A stretch of 15,581 nt of DNA from Candidatus Odinarchaeota archaeon (GCA_021158895.1 JAGGSW010000063.1:1-15581), one strand, 5' to 3'. Numbered from the stretch's first letter, positions 7,428 through 15,581 are shown. A program made the numbers and translations. Notes: generated by a model not told the origin, from the sequence alone.

Positions 7428-8613
7428 GTGTCCTACTTACTTAAAAATGTTGGTTTTAAAGGTTATGTTAGATCCGATGGAAATGTTGGTGTTAGAAATT
7501 ATGTTCTTGTTATTCCTACTGTTGTCTGCAGTTCTTATGCTGCCAAGGAAATTTCTAATGCTGTAAACGGGTCTACCTATATTCTTCATCAGCATGGTTG
7601 TGCTCAAAGCTGGAGCGGATCTTGAGCAAACTTTTAGAATTCTTTCTGGTTTCGGCAAAAACCCTAATGTTGCAAGTGTTCTTCTTGTTGCTTTAGGTTG
7701 TGAAGCTATTTCATGTGAAAAGCTTGCCGATGAGATTTCTAAGTCAGGTAAGCCTGTTGAAACCTAACTATTCAAGAAGAAAACGGACTCAAAGAAACCG
7801 TAGAGAAGGGAGTAAATATTGTTAGAAAATTTGTTGAAGAAGCTTCTCACCTTAGAAGAGAGGAAGTTGATTTAAGTGGCTTGGTTGTTGCTGTTGAATG
7901 CGGTGGTTCCGATTGGACTTCTGGTATAGCTTCAAACCCAGCTGTTGGCTATGCAGCAGACCTCATAATTGATAATGGTGGTCGTGTTGTTTTTTCTGAA
8001 ACAACGGAAATTATTGGTGGAGAACATATTTTAGCTAAACGATGTATCAACGATAAGGTTAAAGAGAAACTGTTTAAGGCTGTTTCCAGAGTCATCGAAA
8101 GAGCTAAACGAGAGGGTATTGATTTAATTGGTACTAATCCTTCCCCGGGGAACATCAAGGGCGGTCTTTCCACTATTGAAGAAAAGTCTCTTGGTGCTAT
8201 TCTTAAATCTGGATCAAAACCAATTATCGATATCTTAGAATATGGTGAAGAGATTCCTAAAGAGAAGGGTTGCTATTTTATGGATACTCCTGGACAAGAT
8301 GTGAAGTCTATTTGTGGTATGGTTTCTGGCGGAGCCCAGCTTGTCATTTTTACTACTCGTCGAGGTACACCGACTGGAAATCCTATCGCCCCAGTAATTA
8401 AAGTCACAAGCAACCCTGACACCTTTAAGAAAATGCCAGATATTATCGATATATATATATGTAGGAATCATAGAGAAGAAAGAAACCGTGGAAGAAGCTG
8501 GGAAAAGAATTTTTGAAACAACTCTCGAAGTTGCTTCCGGCCTCAGAACACGTTCAGAAATAAACAAAAACAAAGAATTTGCGATTTTTAGGACTGATTC
8601 ACATATTAGTTAA
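7428..8613 (+). pseudogene. UxaA/altronate-dehydratase-type C-terminal (large) subunit, disrupted by three apparent frameshifts
   Basis: Segments in changing frames read as one protein: frame 0 7428-~7608 (GNVGVRNYVLVIPTVVCSS...HQHGCAQ); frame 1 ~7609-~7760 (GADLEQTFRILSGFGKNPNVASVLLVALGCEAISCEKLADEISKSGKPVE); frame 0 ~7761-~8457 (LTIQEENGLKETVEKG...ECGGSDWTSGIASNPAVGYAAD...); frame 1 ~8461-8613 (VGIIEKKETVEEAGKRIFETTLEVASGLRTRSE...). Confidence 0.85.
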
Positions 8614-8634
8614 CTATAAATTTTATGCATCATT

Positions 8635-8994
8635 TCATATTTTTTCTCGCATTTCTAGGATAAAATTCAGAAACCTCTTAGCGTTTTCTCTAGGAGAAGA
8701 TTTTAAATCCGTTATATTATCTTCAATAACATGATCCTCGGATTTAAAATGGATATGTCTTGGAAATGATTTTAGGCTTCGATGATGTGGTGCTGTGTCT
8801 ATTCTTATTATTCTACTACCTTTCTGCCAATGCAAAGAATATTCTCTTACTGTTGGATATCTTATTTCAATAAAACTACCATCATCTAGTAGAATGCGCA
8901 ATTTCCTCCTTATTATGACTGGATCACTAATAATGACATGACCGAACTCTTTCTTTATAAGTTCTTTAATTTCTTTGAGGATTTTAATGCTCAA
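8635..8994 (-). CDS. TumE/DUF6516-like putative toxin
   Basis: DGSFIEIRYPTVREYSLHWQKGSRIIRIDTAPHHRSLKSFPRHIHFKSEDHVIED resembles the TumE family (Y..HWQ...R.D..PHH......FP.H.H). TTG start overlaps the upstream stop (TTGA). Confidence 0.65.
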   Translation of the reverse strand: MSIKILKEIKELIKKEFGHVIISDPVIIRRKLRILLDDGSFIEIRYPTVREYSLHWQKGSRIIRIDTAPHHRSLKSFPRHIHFKSEDHVIEDNITDLKSSPRENAKRFLNFILEMREKI

Positions 8995-9248
8995 ATCAAT
9001 TCCTCAAACTGTTTTTTTAACGATTCTCTAAGCAATTTCAAGTCTTCTTCTAAGCTTTTAGCTTCAAGGTAGTCTTCGTAGGTTGGATGTTCAGGCAATT
9101 CTCCTCTTTCAATTTTTTTTAGGATCTCTAATGACGATTTAACATTGTAGCTAGATAAAATTTCATCAAGCATTTCCCTTAGCCTAAAATATTCACTTAA
9201 ATCTCTCAAAATGTAAATCTCTCTTAGCTTTATGTCACTAGTATCCAT
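8991..9248 (-). CDS. Small partner protein (putative antitoxin) of the TumE-like gene
   Basis: Start refined to ATG 9248 (MDTSDIKLREIYILRDL...), with SD-like GGGTG upstream. Charged 85-aa protein ending ...LKKIERGELPEHPTYEDYLEAKSLEEDLKLLRESLKKQFEELI. 4-nt stop/start overlap with the downstream gene. Confidence 0.6.
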   Translation of the reverse strand: MDTSDIKLREIYILRDLSEYFRLREMLDEILSSYNVKSSLEILKKIERGELPEHPTYEDYLEAKSLEEDLKLLRESLKKQFEELI

Positions 9249-9452
9249 CTTCAACACCCTTATAGGACTGAATGATAAATACATTAACAAGCATTTTCGC
9301 AATAAATTGATTTCACAGCACATTCAAACTTAGCGACATCAAATAAAATAAGCCGAACGTACATTTAAGTATATAACATTCTAACCTTAACCTGCAAATG
9401 AAGTTTCCTCGTTTCAATATTAAACTTATAAACTAGCTATCACTGAGATCTC

Positions 9453-10121
9453 TCAAATGGCAAGAAATTTTTGTTTTATTTTTTCCACTAGGTGCAGTTT
9501 CTGTAGCATATTAAATGTTTTTGTATGTTTTCCAATCTTAATGAATTCTACTAAGTCCTCAGGTTTGTCTATGTCGAGAGCTATTCTAGGGTTTCTATAA
9601 ACTCTAAAGTGTATGTTGTTTGTTAGTGCTGTTTTTCGATGTTTCTCAAAGCTTCTAACTCCGTACCTGGTTGGAATTATGTTTGGGGGCCGTCTAAATA
9701 AGAGGTTTGTGCCAAAGCCGTCTTTTGAAGGTGAAATTACTACCACTTTTTTTGAATTTTCGCCCATGGAGATTGCTTCATCTATGTCTTCAGGTTTAAT
9801 TAATGGGATGTCGATGGGGACTATTGTAACATTTTTTGCGCCCATTTTCATGCAGCAATTCGTTGCTATCGTTAATGATTCATTTAGTTCTTTGCCACTA
9901 TCGTGTAACGTCTTTATTCCGAGGTCTTTGGCCTTTGTAAGAACCTCGTTATCGCTAGTGATTACAATTATGTGATCCAGACTCTTTGAATGGATTAAAG
10001 CGTTCACAACATCTTCAAACATGGTTAAGCATAGTAAATATCTTTCTTGTTCTTCTAGCAGTGGTGAAAGTCTGTGCTTTGCTTTACTCAAATTCTTCAC
10101 AGGGATAAGTGCAAATGACAA
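9453..10121 (-). CDS. cofC: 2-phospho-L-lactate guanylyltransferase (CofC-type)
   Basis: FALIPVKNLSKAKHRLSPLLEEQER..., IVPIDIPLIKPEDI, SPSKDGFGTNLLFRRPPNIIPTRYGVRSFEKH, NPRIALDIDKPEDL. TTG start. Confidence 0.85.
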   Translation of the reverse strand: MSFALIPVKNLSKAKHRLSPLLEEQERYLLCLTMFEDVVNALIHSKSLDHIIVITSDNEVLTKAKDLGIKTLHDSGKELNESLTIATNCCMKMGAKNVTIVPIDIPLIKPEDIDEAISMGENSKKVVVISPSKDGFGTNLLFRRPPNIIPTRYGVRSFEKHRKTALTNNIHFRVYRNPRIALDIDKPEDLVEFIKIGKHTKTFNMLQKLHLVEKIKQKFLAI

Positions 10122-10233
10122 GCTATCACAGCTCCATTGTAATGATATGCTATTTTAAGGCCAAGCTACCAACTGTTAATCTCTGTGAACATAATATGTT
10201 TTCACTAACTTGATTTAGATTAAAGTTTAATTG

Positions 10234-11490
10234 TTAAATCCAGCCAAGTGATTTCATGGCGCCAACTATTCGATTTATCGAAGTAATATATGCTCCAGTT
10301 CTCATATCAACATTATACTTATTTGAAACTTCATAAACATCGTTAAAGGCATTTACCATTATTGTTTTCAATTTGTCGTCAACTTCTTTTTCAGACCAGT
10401 AATAACCCATCCGATTTTGAACCCATTCAAAATAGCTAACCACTACGCCGCCTGCATTGGCTAAAATATCTGGAACAATGAAAACACCTTTTTCACTAAG
10501 TATTTTATCGGCTTCAGGAGTTGTCGGACCATTTGCTCCCTCTATTATCATTTTTGCCTTAACATTGCCAGCGTTTTTCTCTGTAATTTGCCCTTCAAGT
10601 GCGGCTGGAATTAGAATGTCGCAATCAACAGTTAACGGATCCTCCCTCGATATTATTTCGGCCTCAGAATATTTTGTAACACTTCCCTCTTTCCTTTTTA
10701 CTTCCATTACTTTATAGATGTTAAGTCCATCAGGATTGTAAATTCCACCTTTAGAGTTGCTAACAGCAACTATTTTACTACCGAGCTCGTAAAAGAACTT
10801 TGCAGCATTAAACGCCACATTACCAAAACCCTGAATGGAAACTCTTGCATCTTTAAGACTTACATTCAATTTACTCGCAGCTTCTAAGCCGATGAAGAAA
10901 ACACCTCTTCCAGTAGCTTCTCCTCTACCTCCTGAGCCACCAATACTTAACGGTTTACCAGTAACTACACCAGGTACAACTTTGCCTACCACTTTATTAT
11001 ACTCGTCTAAAAACCAAGCCATAACTTGAGCATCAGTATTTACATCGGGAGCAGGAATATCTATATCCGGACCAATAAAAGGTGCAAGAGCCTTTGCATA
11101 TTCACGTGTCAAAACCTCAAGTTCCCTTCTCGACATCTCTTTGGGATTACATTTAACTCCTCCTTTCGAACCGCCATAGGGAATATTCACAACGGCTGTT
11201 TTCAACATCATTAATGCTGCAAGAGCTTTAACTTCATCGAGATTCACATCTGGATGATAACGAAAACCCCCCTTCATAGGGCCTCTAGCGTCGTTAAATT
11301 GCACACGATAAGCTGTAAACACCCTTGTTTTACCGTTATCCATTCTTACTGGAATAGAGACAATAATCGTTCTTTTCGGCTTACTGAGAATTTCAACTAC
11401 TTCTGGAGCTAAATCTATAATCTCCGCTACATGTCTTAGTTTTCCTAGATATTGATCGAAAAAGGATTGCTGAATTTGAAACTCGCCCAT
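10234..11490 (-). CDS. gdhA: Glutamate dehydrogenase (hexameric, archaeal type)
   Basis: GPMKGGFRYHP, TAVVNIPYGGSKGGVKCNP, PAPDVNTDAQVMAW, VSIQGFGNVAFNAAKFF, ILANAGGVVVSYFEWVQN. ORF start 11502; MGEFQIQQ at 11490 is the likely start. Confidence 0.95.
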   Translation of the reverse strand: MGEFQIQQSFFDQYLGKLRHVAEIIDLAPEVVEILSKPKRTIIVSIPVRMDNGKTRVFTAYRVQFNDARGPMKGGFRYHPDVNLDEVKALAALMMLKTAVVNIPYGGSKGGVKCNPKEMSRRELEVLTREYAKALAPFIGPDIDIPAPDVNTDAQVMAWFLDEYNKVVGKVVPGVVTGKPLSIGGSGGRGEATGRGVFFIGLEAASKLNVSLKDARVSIQGFGNVAFNAAKFFYELGSKIVAVSNSKGGIYNPDGLNIYKVMEVKRKEGSVTKYSEAEIISREDPLTVDCDILIPAALEGQITEKNAGNVKAKMIIEGANGPTTPEADKILSEKGVFIVPDILANAGGVVVSYFEWVQNRMGYYWSEKEVDDKLKTIMVNAFNDVYEVSNKYNVDMRTGAYITSINRIVGAMKSLGWI

Positions 11491-11794
11491 TTTTAACTCC
11501 ACTCTTTTAAACCTTTCGTTTAATGAAATGTACTTTAACTTAAATATGTATTCTCCTTTGTATTAAAGTTCTTTTCTGCAAATTATAAAGAAATACGGTT
11601 TCGATCTCGATGAGATTTGACCACCGAACAGGAAGTACCAGTGCTGAACTTCTCTAAGGTTTAAACTGGATTTTGCTTTTCGAAGCGTATAAGCAGTGTT
11701 CTAAAAGTAGTACAGATCGTTCAAATCGTTAGAAATATCTTAAACTAATTACTATATTACAATTCAGAAATTAACCGTAAACAGGGTAAAAATT

Positions 11795-12701
11795 GTGAAG
11801 CTACCTTCTAAACTTCTAAAGATACTAGTTTCTTCAACTATTGTTACGTTGTTAGCTGGTGGAACACTGTCCTTAATTATTAAAATGCAGTTGACCACCT
11901 AGTCTTATAATTCTGCTTGCCTTACGATAAATGAGGTAGGGGTTTTATACATGGGTTATGATTCACATGAAGCATTACTTCCCGGAGAAAGTCCAGAACC
12001 AGTATTAGTGAGAAAACCTTACATATATTTTCATGCTGCAAACACTCCAGTTGTCTTAAATATCAGTATAACCTTCCCTAAAGGACAACCGCTTACAACA
12101 ATACCTGAAGCAAAGAAAAACGGAAGCTTAATCACTTGGGAAAAAGTAAAGGTTACACCCCAAGACAATGATATTGAATATCAGGGAGAAAAGTTTCCAT
12201 ATCTTTTCTACGAAGGTAAAACTAACTACTGTAACCCGCTAAAAGTGGAAATTATAGTTGATGATCAAACTGTCACATTTAAGGTTAAAAATCTCGCCGA
12301 TATAACCATTAAACATATTTTCCTTATATGTAAACCCACAAACTACCTATCATCGGGATTTGCTTACACATGGCTTAAAGAACTTGAACCAAACAGACAG
12401 AAAAAATAACAGTTGCAATAACAAACATCAGCAATGTAGATATCGCTGAAATTTCGGAAAAAGTTCGTAAAAAACATGGTAGAAGAAGGAATCCGGGAAG
12501 AAGAGGCTAAAAAGTAGTAGAAGAATGGATTAATTACTGGTTATACCCTACAAATACTTTCTTCATACACACAATCTATAGATACCAAGAGAATTATTAG
12601 ATGAACTTATTCCAATGCTGGTGGAGATTCCAACAGATATTAATCTTAAAATTCACCGATATATATGGGCACTCATACAAACAATCAGAATAGACTTCTA
12701 A
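11795..12701 (+). pseudogene. Decayed gene: signal/TM-anchor N-terminus plus a possible 'KPxIYxYP'-type extracellular domain; one in-frame TAG and four apparent frameshifts
   Basis: Frame 2 from GTG 11795 reads VKLPSKLLKILVSSTIVTLLAGGTLSLIIKMQLTT, then TAG (11900-11902). It continues without another stop in the same frame into the 11951 ORF (...SPEPVLVRKPYIYFHA...FPYLFYEGKTNY...). It then reads frame 1 ITVAITNISNVDIAEI, frame 2 NMVEEGIREEEAKK, frame 1 VVEEWINYWLYPTNTFFIHTIYRYQE, and frame 0 ELLDELIPMLVEIPTDINLKI... to TAA 12699-12701. Confidence 0.65.
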
Positions 12702-12728
12702 CATTTCGATAATTAAATATTTCACCTC

Positions 12729-13961
12729 TTATTTGGTTTCTCGAATTTTTAAAAGAATTATTGAAATTGCAAGCAACAATGTTATCGTCGCAATTAAATA
12801 CGGGGCATTCGGTCCGATAAGAGAATATATTAGGCCTGTAGCCAACGTGACAACACTAGACACCACGTTGATTATTAAACCCTCTATGGAATTTACTCGA
12901 CCCCTTAATTCTAAGGGGACCAGATCAGTAATTATGGTGGTGATCGCAGTAAAATAAACAAAATTACCAATCGACATCAAACTTACAGCAATTAAAGCCA
13001 AGATAAACGGTTTAAAGACCATGTAGGGTGCAGCAAATAGTAGAAAACAACTGAACAAAGAAAAAAGCGTAGAAATCACCAAAATAGGTTTACGACCAAT
13101 CTTATCTATTAAAAAACCGAAAGGCACAAGGAAAAGGAGAGCGAGAAAATGGCTAAAGCTAGAAATATAACCCCAGCCGATTTCACTTACCCCGAGAAAA
13201 ACAACAGAGTAAATGGAGGTTAAAAAAGTCATAGATAATGCTATGTTTGCTGTAACATCTACCAAGACAACATATAACAATTTTTCTTTCACAAAGTGCA
13301 GCGCAACTCTATAGGCTTCCCCAAATTTTAAGATTTTATCATCCAAAGTTTCATGTTTCAGCAGTGTCTCTTTCAAGAAAACTCCTCTTATTGTAGCTGC
13401 TGTTACCCCGGAAACAAAGCATAGAAAATATATGAGTCGAATTGCAGGGACAAATGTGTATCGAGAAATAAAGTAGATGGCAAAAAGTGGTGAAAACGAG
13501 GAGATAATATCAGGTAAAAAGTGATACAGAGAGAATAATTTACCACGTAACTCTTTTGGTGTAGAATCTGCCTCAATGCTCCACAAAGCAGGCTGATATA
13601 GTAATGCAACATTGGATAGAAAAGCAGCTATAACAAGCCATGTCCAATCTGGCGCATATGCGTAAATAAGAAAGGAAAAACTAAATAACCCAGTCATATA
13701 CACGACAATCTTCTTTCGACCATATTTATCCGCCACATAACCCCCTAAAATTCTTGAAAAACCTAAAGTTATTGTTGAAACAAAGGAAATCGCACCTAAA
13801 ATTACAGGAGTTGCTCCAAGTTCATATGCATATAGTTGAAAATAGGGGTCAGCCATTGATTGAAAAGGACCCCAAACAATCCAGCTCAAAATGAGCCCAA
13901 AAACATTCCACTTATAAATTCTCCTCAAATACTCATCATAGCGATCCTCAAATTCGCTCAT
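12729..13961 (-). CDS. Major facilitator superfamily transporter
   Basis: 410-aa hydrophobic ORF. Loop 2-3 motif GGYVADKYGRKKIVVY and second-half motif FGFLIDKIGRKPILV. Confidence 0.85.
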   Translation of the reverse strand: MSEFEDRYDEYLRRIYKWNVFGLILSWIVWGPFQSMADPYFQLYAYELGATPVILGAISFVSTITLGFSRILGGYVADKYGRKKIVVYMTGLFSFSFLIYAYAPDWTWLVIAAFLSNVALLYQPALWSIEADSTPKELRGKLFSLYHFLPDIISSFSPLFAIYFISRYTFVPAIRLIYFLCFVSGVTAATIRGVFLKETLLKHETLDDKILKFGEAYRVALHFVKEKLLYVVLVDVTANIALSMTFLTSIYSVVFLGVSEIGWGYISSFSHFLALLFLVPFGFLIDKIGRKPILVISTLFSLFSCFLLFAAPYMVFKPFILALIAVSLMSIGNFVYFTAITTIITDLVPLELRGRVNSIEGLIINVVSSVVTLATGLIYSLIGPNAPYLIATITLLLAISIILLKIRETK

Positions 13962-14037
13962 AGCCTTAGTTAATTTTCACTTACTTAAAAATATTTTGAA
14001 AGATCTAGCAAGGTGTATGTTACACGTTTATAAATCC

Positions 14038-14964
14038 TTAGAGACCTATACAGTTCAAGGCTTCTTTTGCGAGTTTAATTTTATTTTCTAGTGTTTTCAT
14101 TATGGTGTTTGTTACGTGTACTTTTACTCCAATCTCTTCTATTTTAGGTTTTAAGTCTCTATCAACGTTGTCAATAACGAGTGCGTCAAGGAAGTTTTTG
14201 TAGATTTTTGCTATTCCTAGGGCTGAGACCTCGATGCCTAAGCCTCGCATTAACTTGTCTGCGGGTCCCTTTATTGGGGCTCCTCCAACAATGGGGCTGA
14301 TAGCTACAATTTTTGCTTTAGTTTTCTTTAAGGCTTCTTTTACACCTTTAATAGATAGGATAGGACCTATACTTACAATGGGGTTGCTTGGACATATAAT
14401 AATTCCATCAGCATTTAATATTGCTTCAATTACTCCTGGAGCTGGTTCAGCTCTTTCTATTCCTTCAAACTTCACATCTAAAACAGGGTCTTGTGCTTTT
14501 CTTTTAACCAAATATTCTTGGAAATGCATTTCACCAACATTAGTAACAATTTTCGTTTGAACCTTGTCGTTTGTCATTGGGATAATTTTTACCTTAACTC
14601 CTAGGGCTTTTCGAATTTTTTCTGTCACTTCTGAAAGCTTCAATCCGCTTTTTAATAGCAGTGTTCTGTGAATGTGAGTTGCTAAGTCTTTGTCTCCAAG
14701 CATAAACCACGTTTCATAACCATATTTTCTAAGCATGTCTAAGCAATTGAAGGTGTCTCCACGCATCCCCCAACCCTTTTCTTCATCAACAATTCCGGCG
14801 AGAGTGTAGGTCACTATGTCAACGTCAGGAGAAATATGTAAACCGTAAAATTCTATGTCATCTCCCGTATTAACTATTGTAACAATTTCTTCAGGTGGGA
14901 CAACATGAACTAGTCCTTGTAGAAATCTTGCAGCACCTACTCCTCCAGCTAGCGTGGTTATCAT
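14038..14964 (-). CDS. cofD: 2-phospho-L-lactate transferase (CofD-type)
   Basis: MITTLAGGVGAARFLQGL, VNTGDDIEFYGLHISPDVDIVTYTLAG, GWGMRGDTF, ICPSNPIVSIGPIL, ISPIVGGAPIKGPADKLM. Start refined to ATG 14964 (track 14979). Confidence 0.95.
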   Translation of the reverse strand: MITTLAGGVGAARFLQGLVHVVPPEEIVTIVNTGDDIEFYGLHISPDVDIVTYTLAGIVDEEKGWGMRGDTFNCLDMLRKYGYETWFMLGDKDLATHIHRTLLLKSGLKLSEVTEKIRKALGVKVKIIPMTNDKVQTKIVTNVGEMHFQEYLVKRKAQDPVLDVKFEGIERAEPAPGVIEAILNADGIIICPSNPIVSIGPILSIKGVKEALKKTKAKIVAISPIVGGAPIKGPADKLMRGLGIEVSALGIAKIYKNFLDALVIDNVDRDLKPKIEEIGVKVHVTNTIMKTLENKIKLAKEALNCIGL

Positions 14965-15581
14965 TACCAACCCTCCCAATGCAAAACTTCTTCAATAGGT
15001 TTTCTTGGTGGAGGTGAAGGCTTCTCGTCTGGGTAGCCCACCTCTATTAATGCTTGAGGTTCTACATCCTCTGGGATATTTAAAACCTTCCTAACTATGT
15101 CCTTTGCGAAGAGAGGGGCACATCTCCAACATGTACCTAAACCCTCAATATGTGCAGCTAACAGCAGGTTTTGAATCGCTGCTGCAACGCTTTGAACAGC
15201 CATTACATACTCCGCTTTTTGTCTCTTCTCATCGGGGTATTTATCCATGTCACGCATAGTTAAACAAGCAATTATTAAAACTGGTGCACTAACCATTCTT
15301 TTAATGGAAGTTTTAACTCTCTCTTCAATTTCTTCTTTTGAAAAACCGTTAGCCAAAAGATCCTCCTTAAATTTTTCACCCATACTTACTGCAAGCTTCT
15401 CCTTTACCTTCCTATCTCTTATTATTATGAAGTGCCATGGTTGAGCATTATGAGCCGATGGAGCCCATATAGCTGCTCTGATTAGATTAAGCAAGGTTTC
15501 CTTAGGAATTTTATCTTCCTTAAATTTCCTTATTGTCCTTCGAGTTTCAATTACCTTGTAAAAGTCTGTATTATTTCTCAA
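14964..15581 (-). CDS. Nitroreductase-family flavoprotein resembling the FbiB C-terminal domain (5' end at the window edge)
   Basis: ETRRTIRKF, RAAIWAPSAHNAQPWHFIII, GLGTCWRCAPLFAKDIVRKVLNIPEDVEPQALIEVGYPDEKP. The stop shares 1 nt with the cofD start (TAATG). The true start may lie beyond 15581. Confidence 0.85.
   Translation of the reverse strand: MRNNTDFYKVIETRRTIRKFKEDKIPKETLLNLIRAAIWAPSAHNAQPWHFIIIRDRKVKEKLAVSMGEKFKEDLLANGFSKEEIEERVKTSIKRMVSAPVLIIACLTMRDMDKYPDEKRQKAEYVMAVQSVAAAIQNLLLAAHIEGLGTCWRCAPLFAKDIVRKVLNIPEDVEPQALIEVGYPDEKPSPPPRKPIEEVLHWEGW

Noticed and set aside
7428-8613. Programmed ribosomal frameshifting in the UxaA gene
   Set aside because: It would need three separate events in alternating directions, and no slippery heptamer or pseudoknot was recognised. 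Decay or sequencing error is simpler.
10457-11214. Plus-strand ORFs (86, 64 and 62 aa) within gdhA
   Set aside because: They are antisense to a highly conserved glutamate dehydrogenase.
11604-11650. Possible C/D-box sRNA (tcgatgagat as box C-like, ctga at 11644 as box D)
   Set aside because: Box C does not match RUGAUGA, spacing is too short for a C'/D' architecture, and there is no terminal stem.
11720-11740. gttcaaatcg as a tRNA T-loop
   Set aside because: The flanking bases do not form a T stem and no acceptor or anticodon arm was found upstream.
2472-13961. The two MFS permeases as members of a defence or export system
   Set aside because: Generic transporters not coupled to the TA-like cassettes. 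The intervening distance and orientation give no support.
1-15581. CRISPR array, tRNA, rRNA or IS element
   Set aside because: No regularly spaced direct repeats, cloverleaf with GTTCRANNC arm, rRNA motif, transposase or integrase was seen. Short or degenerate elements could be missed by eye.

Overview
The window looks like AT-rich thermophilic archaeal DNA (TATA-type promoters, GGTGA/GGAGG Shine-Dalgarno sites, frequent GTG/TTG starts, F420 genes). The taxon was not determined. Metabolic genes are a split UxaA-family dehydratase, thioredoxin reductase, glutamate dehydrogenase, cofC, cofD with a FbiB-like nitroreductase, and two MFS permeases. Between about 0.08 and 9.25 kb they are interleaved with four two-gene cassettes that look like toxin-antitoxin modules: (1) VapBC/PIN; (2) MNT-HEPN; (3) an RHH+DUF5678-like protein overlapping a retropepsin-like (D-T-G) aspartic protease; (4) a TumE/DUF6516-like protein with a small partner. 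A divergent archaeo-eukaryotic primase-like protein (AEP) is also present. The best candidate for an undescribed system is the RHH/aspartic-protease cassette. It has a tandem 10-bp repeat around its TATA box and lies between the N- and C-terminal halves of the UxaA-type dehydratase. The C-terminal half carries three apparent frameshifts. A second broken gene (11795-12701), only partly visible in the ORF track, can be read through one in-frame TAG and four frame changes. It encodes a signal/anchor peptide and a possible 'KPxIYxYP'-type domain. No rRNA, tRNA, CRISPR or clear transposon was recognised.
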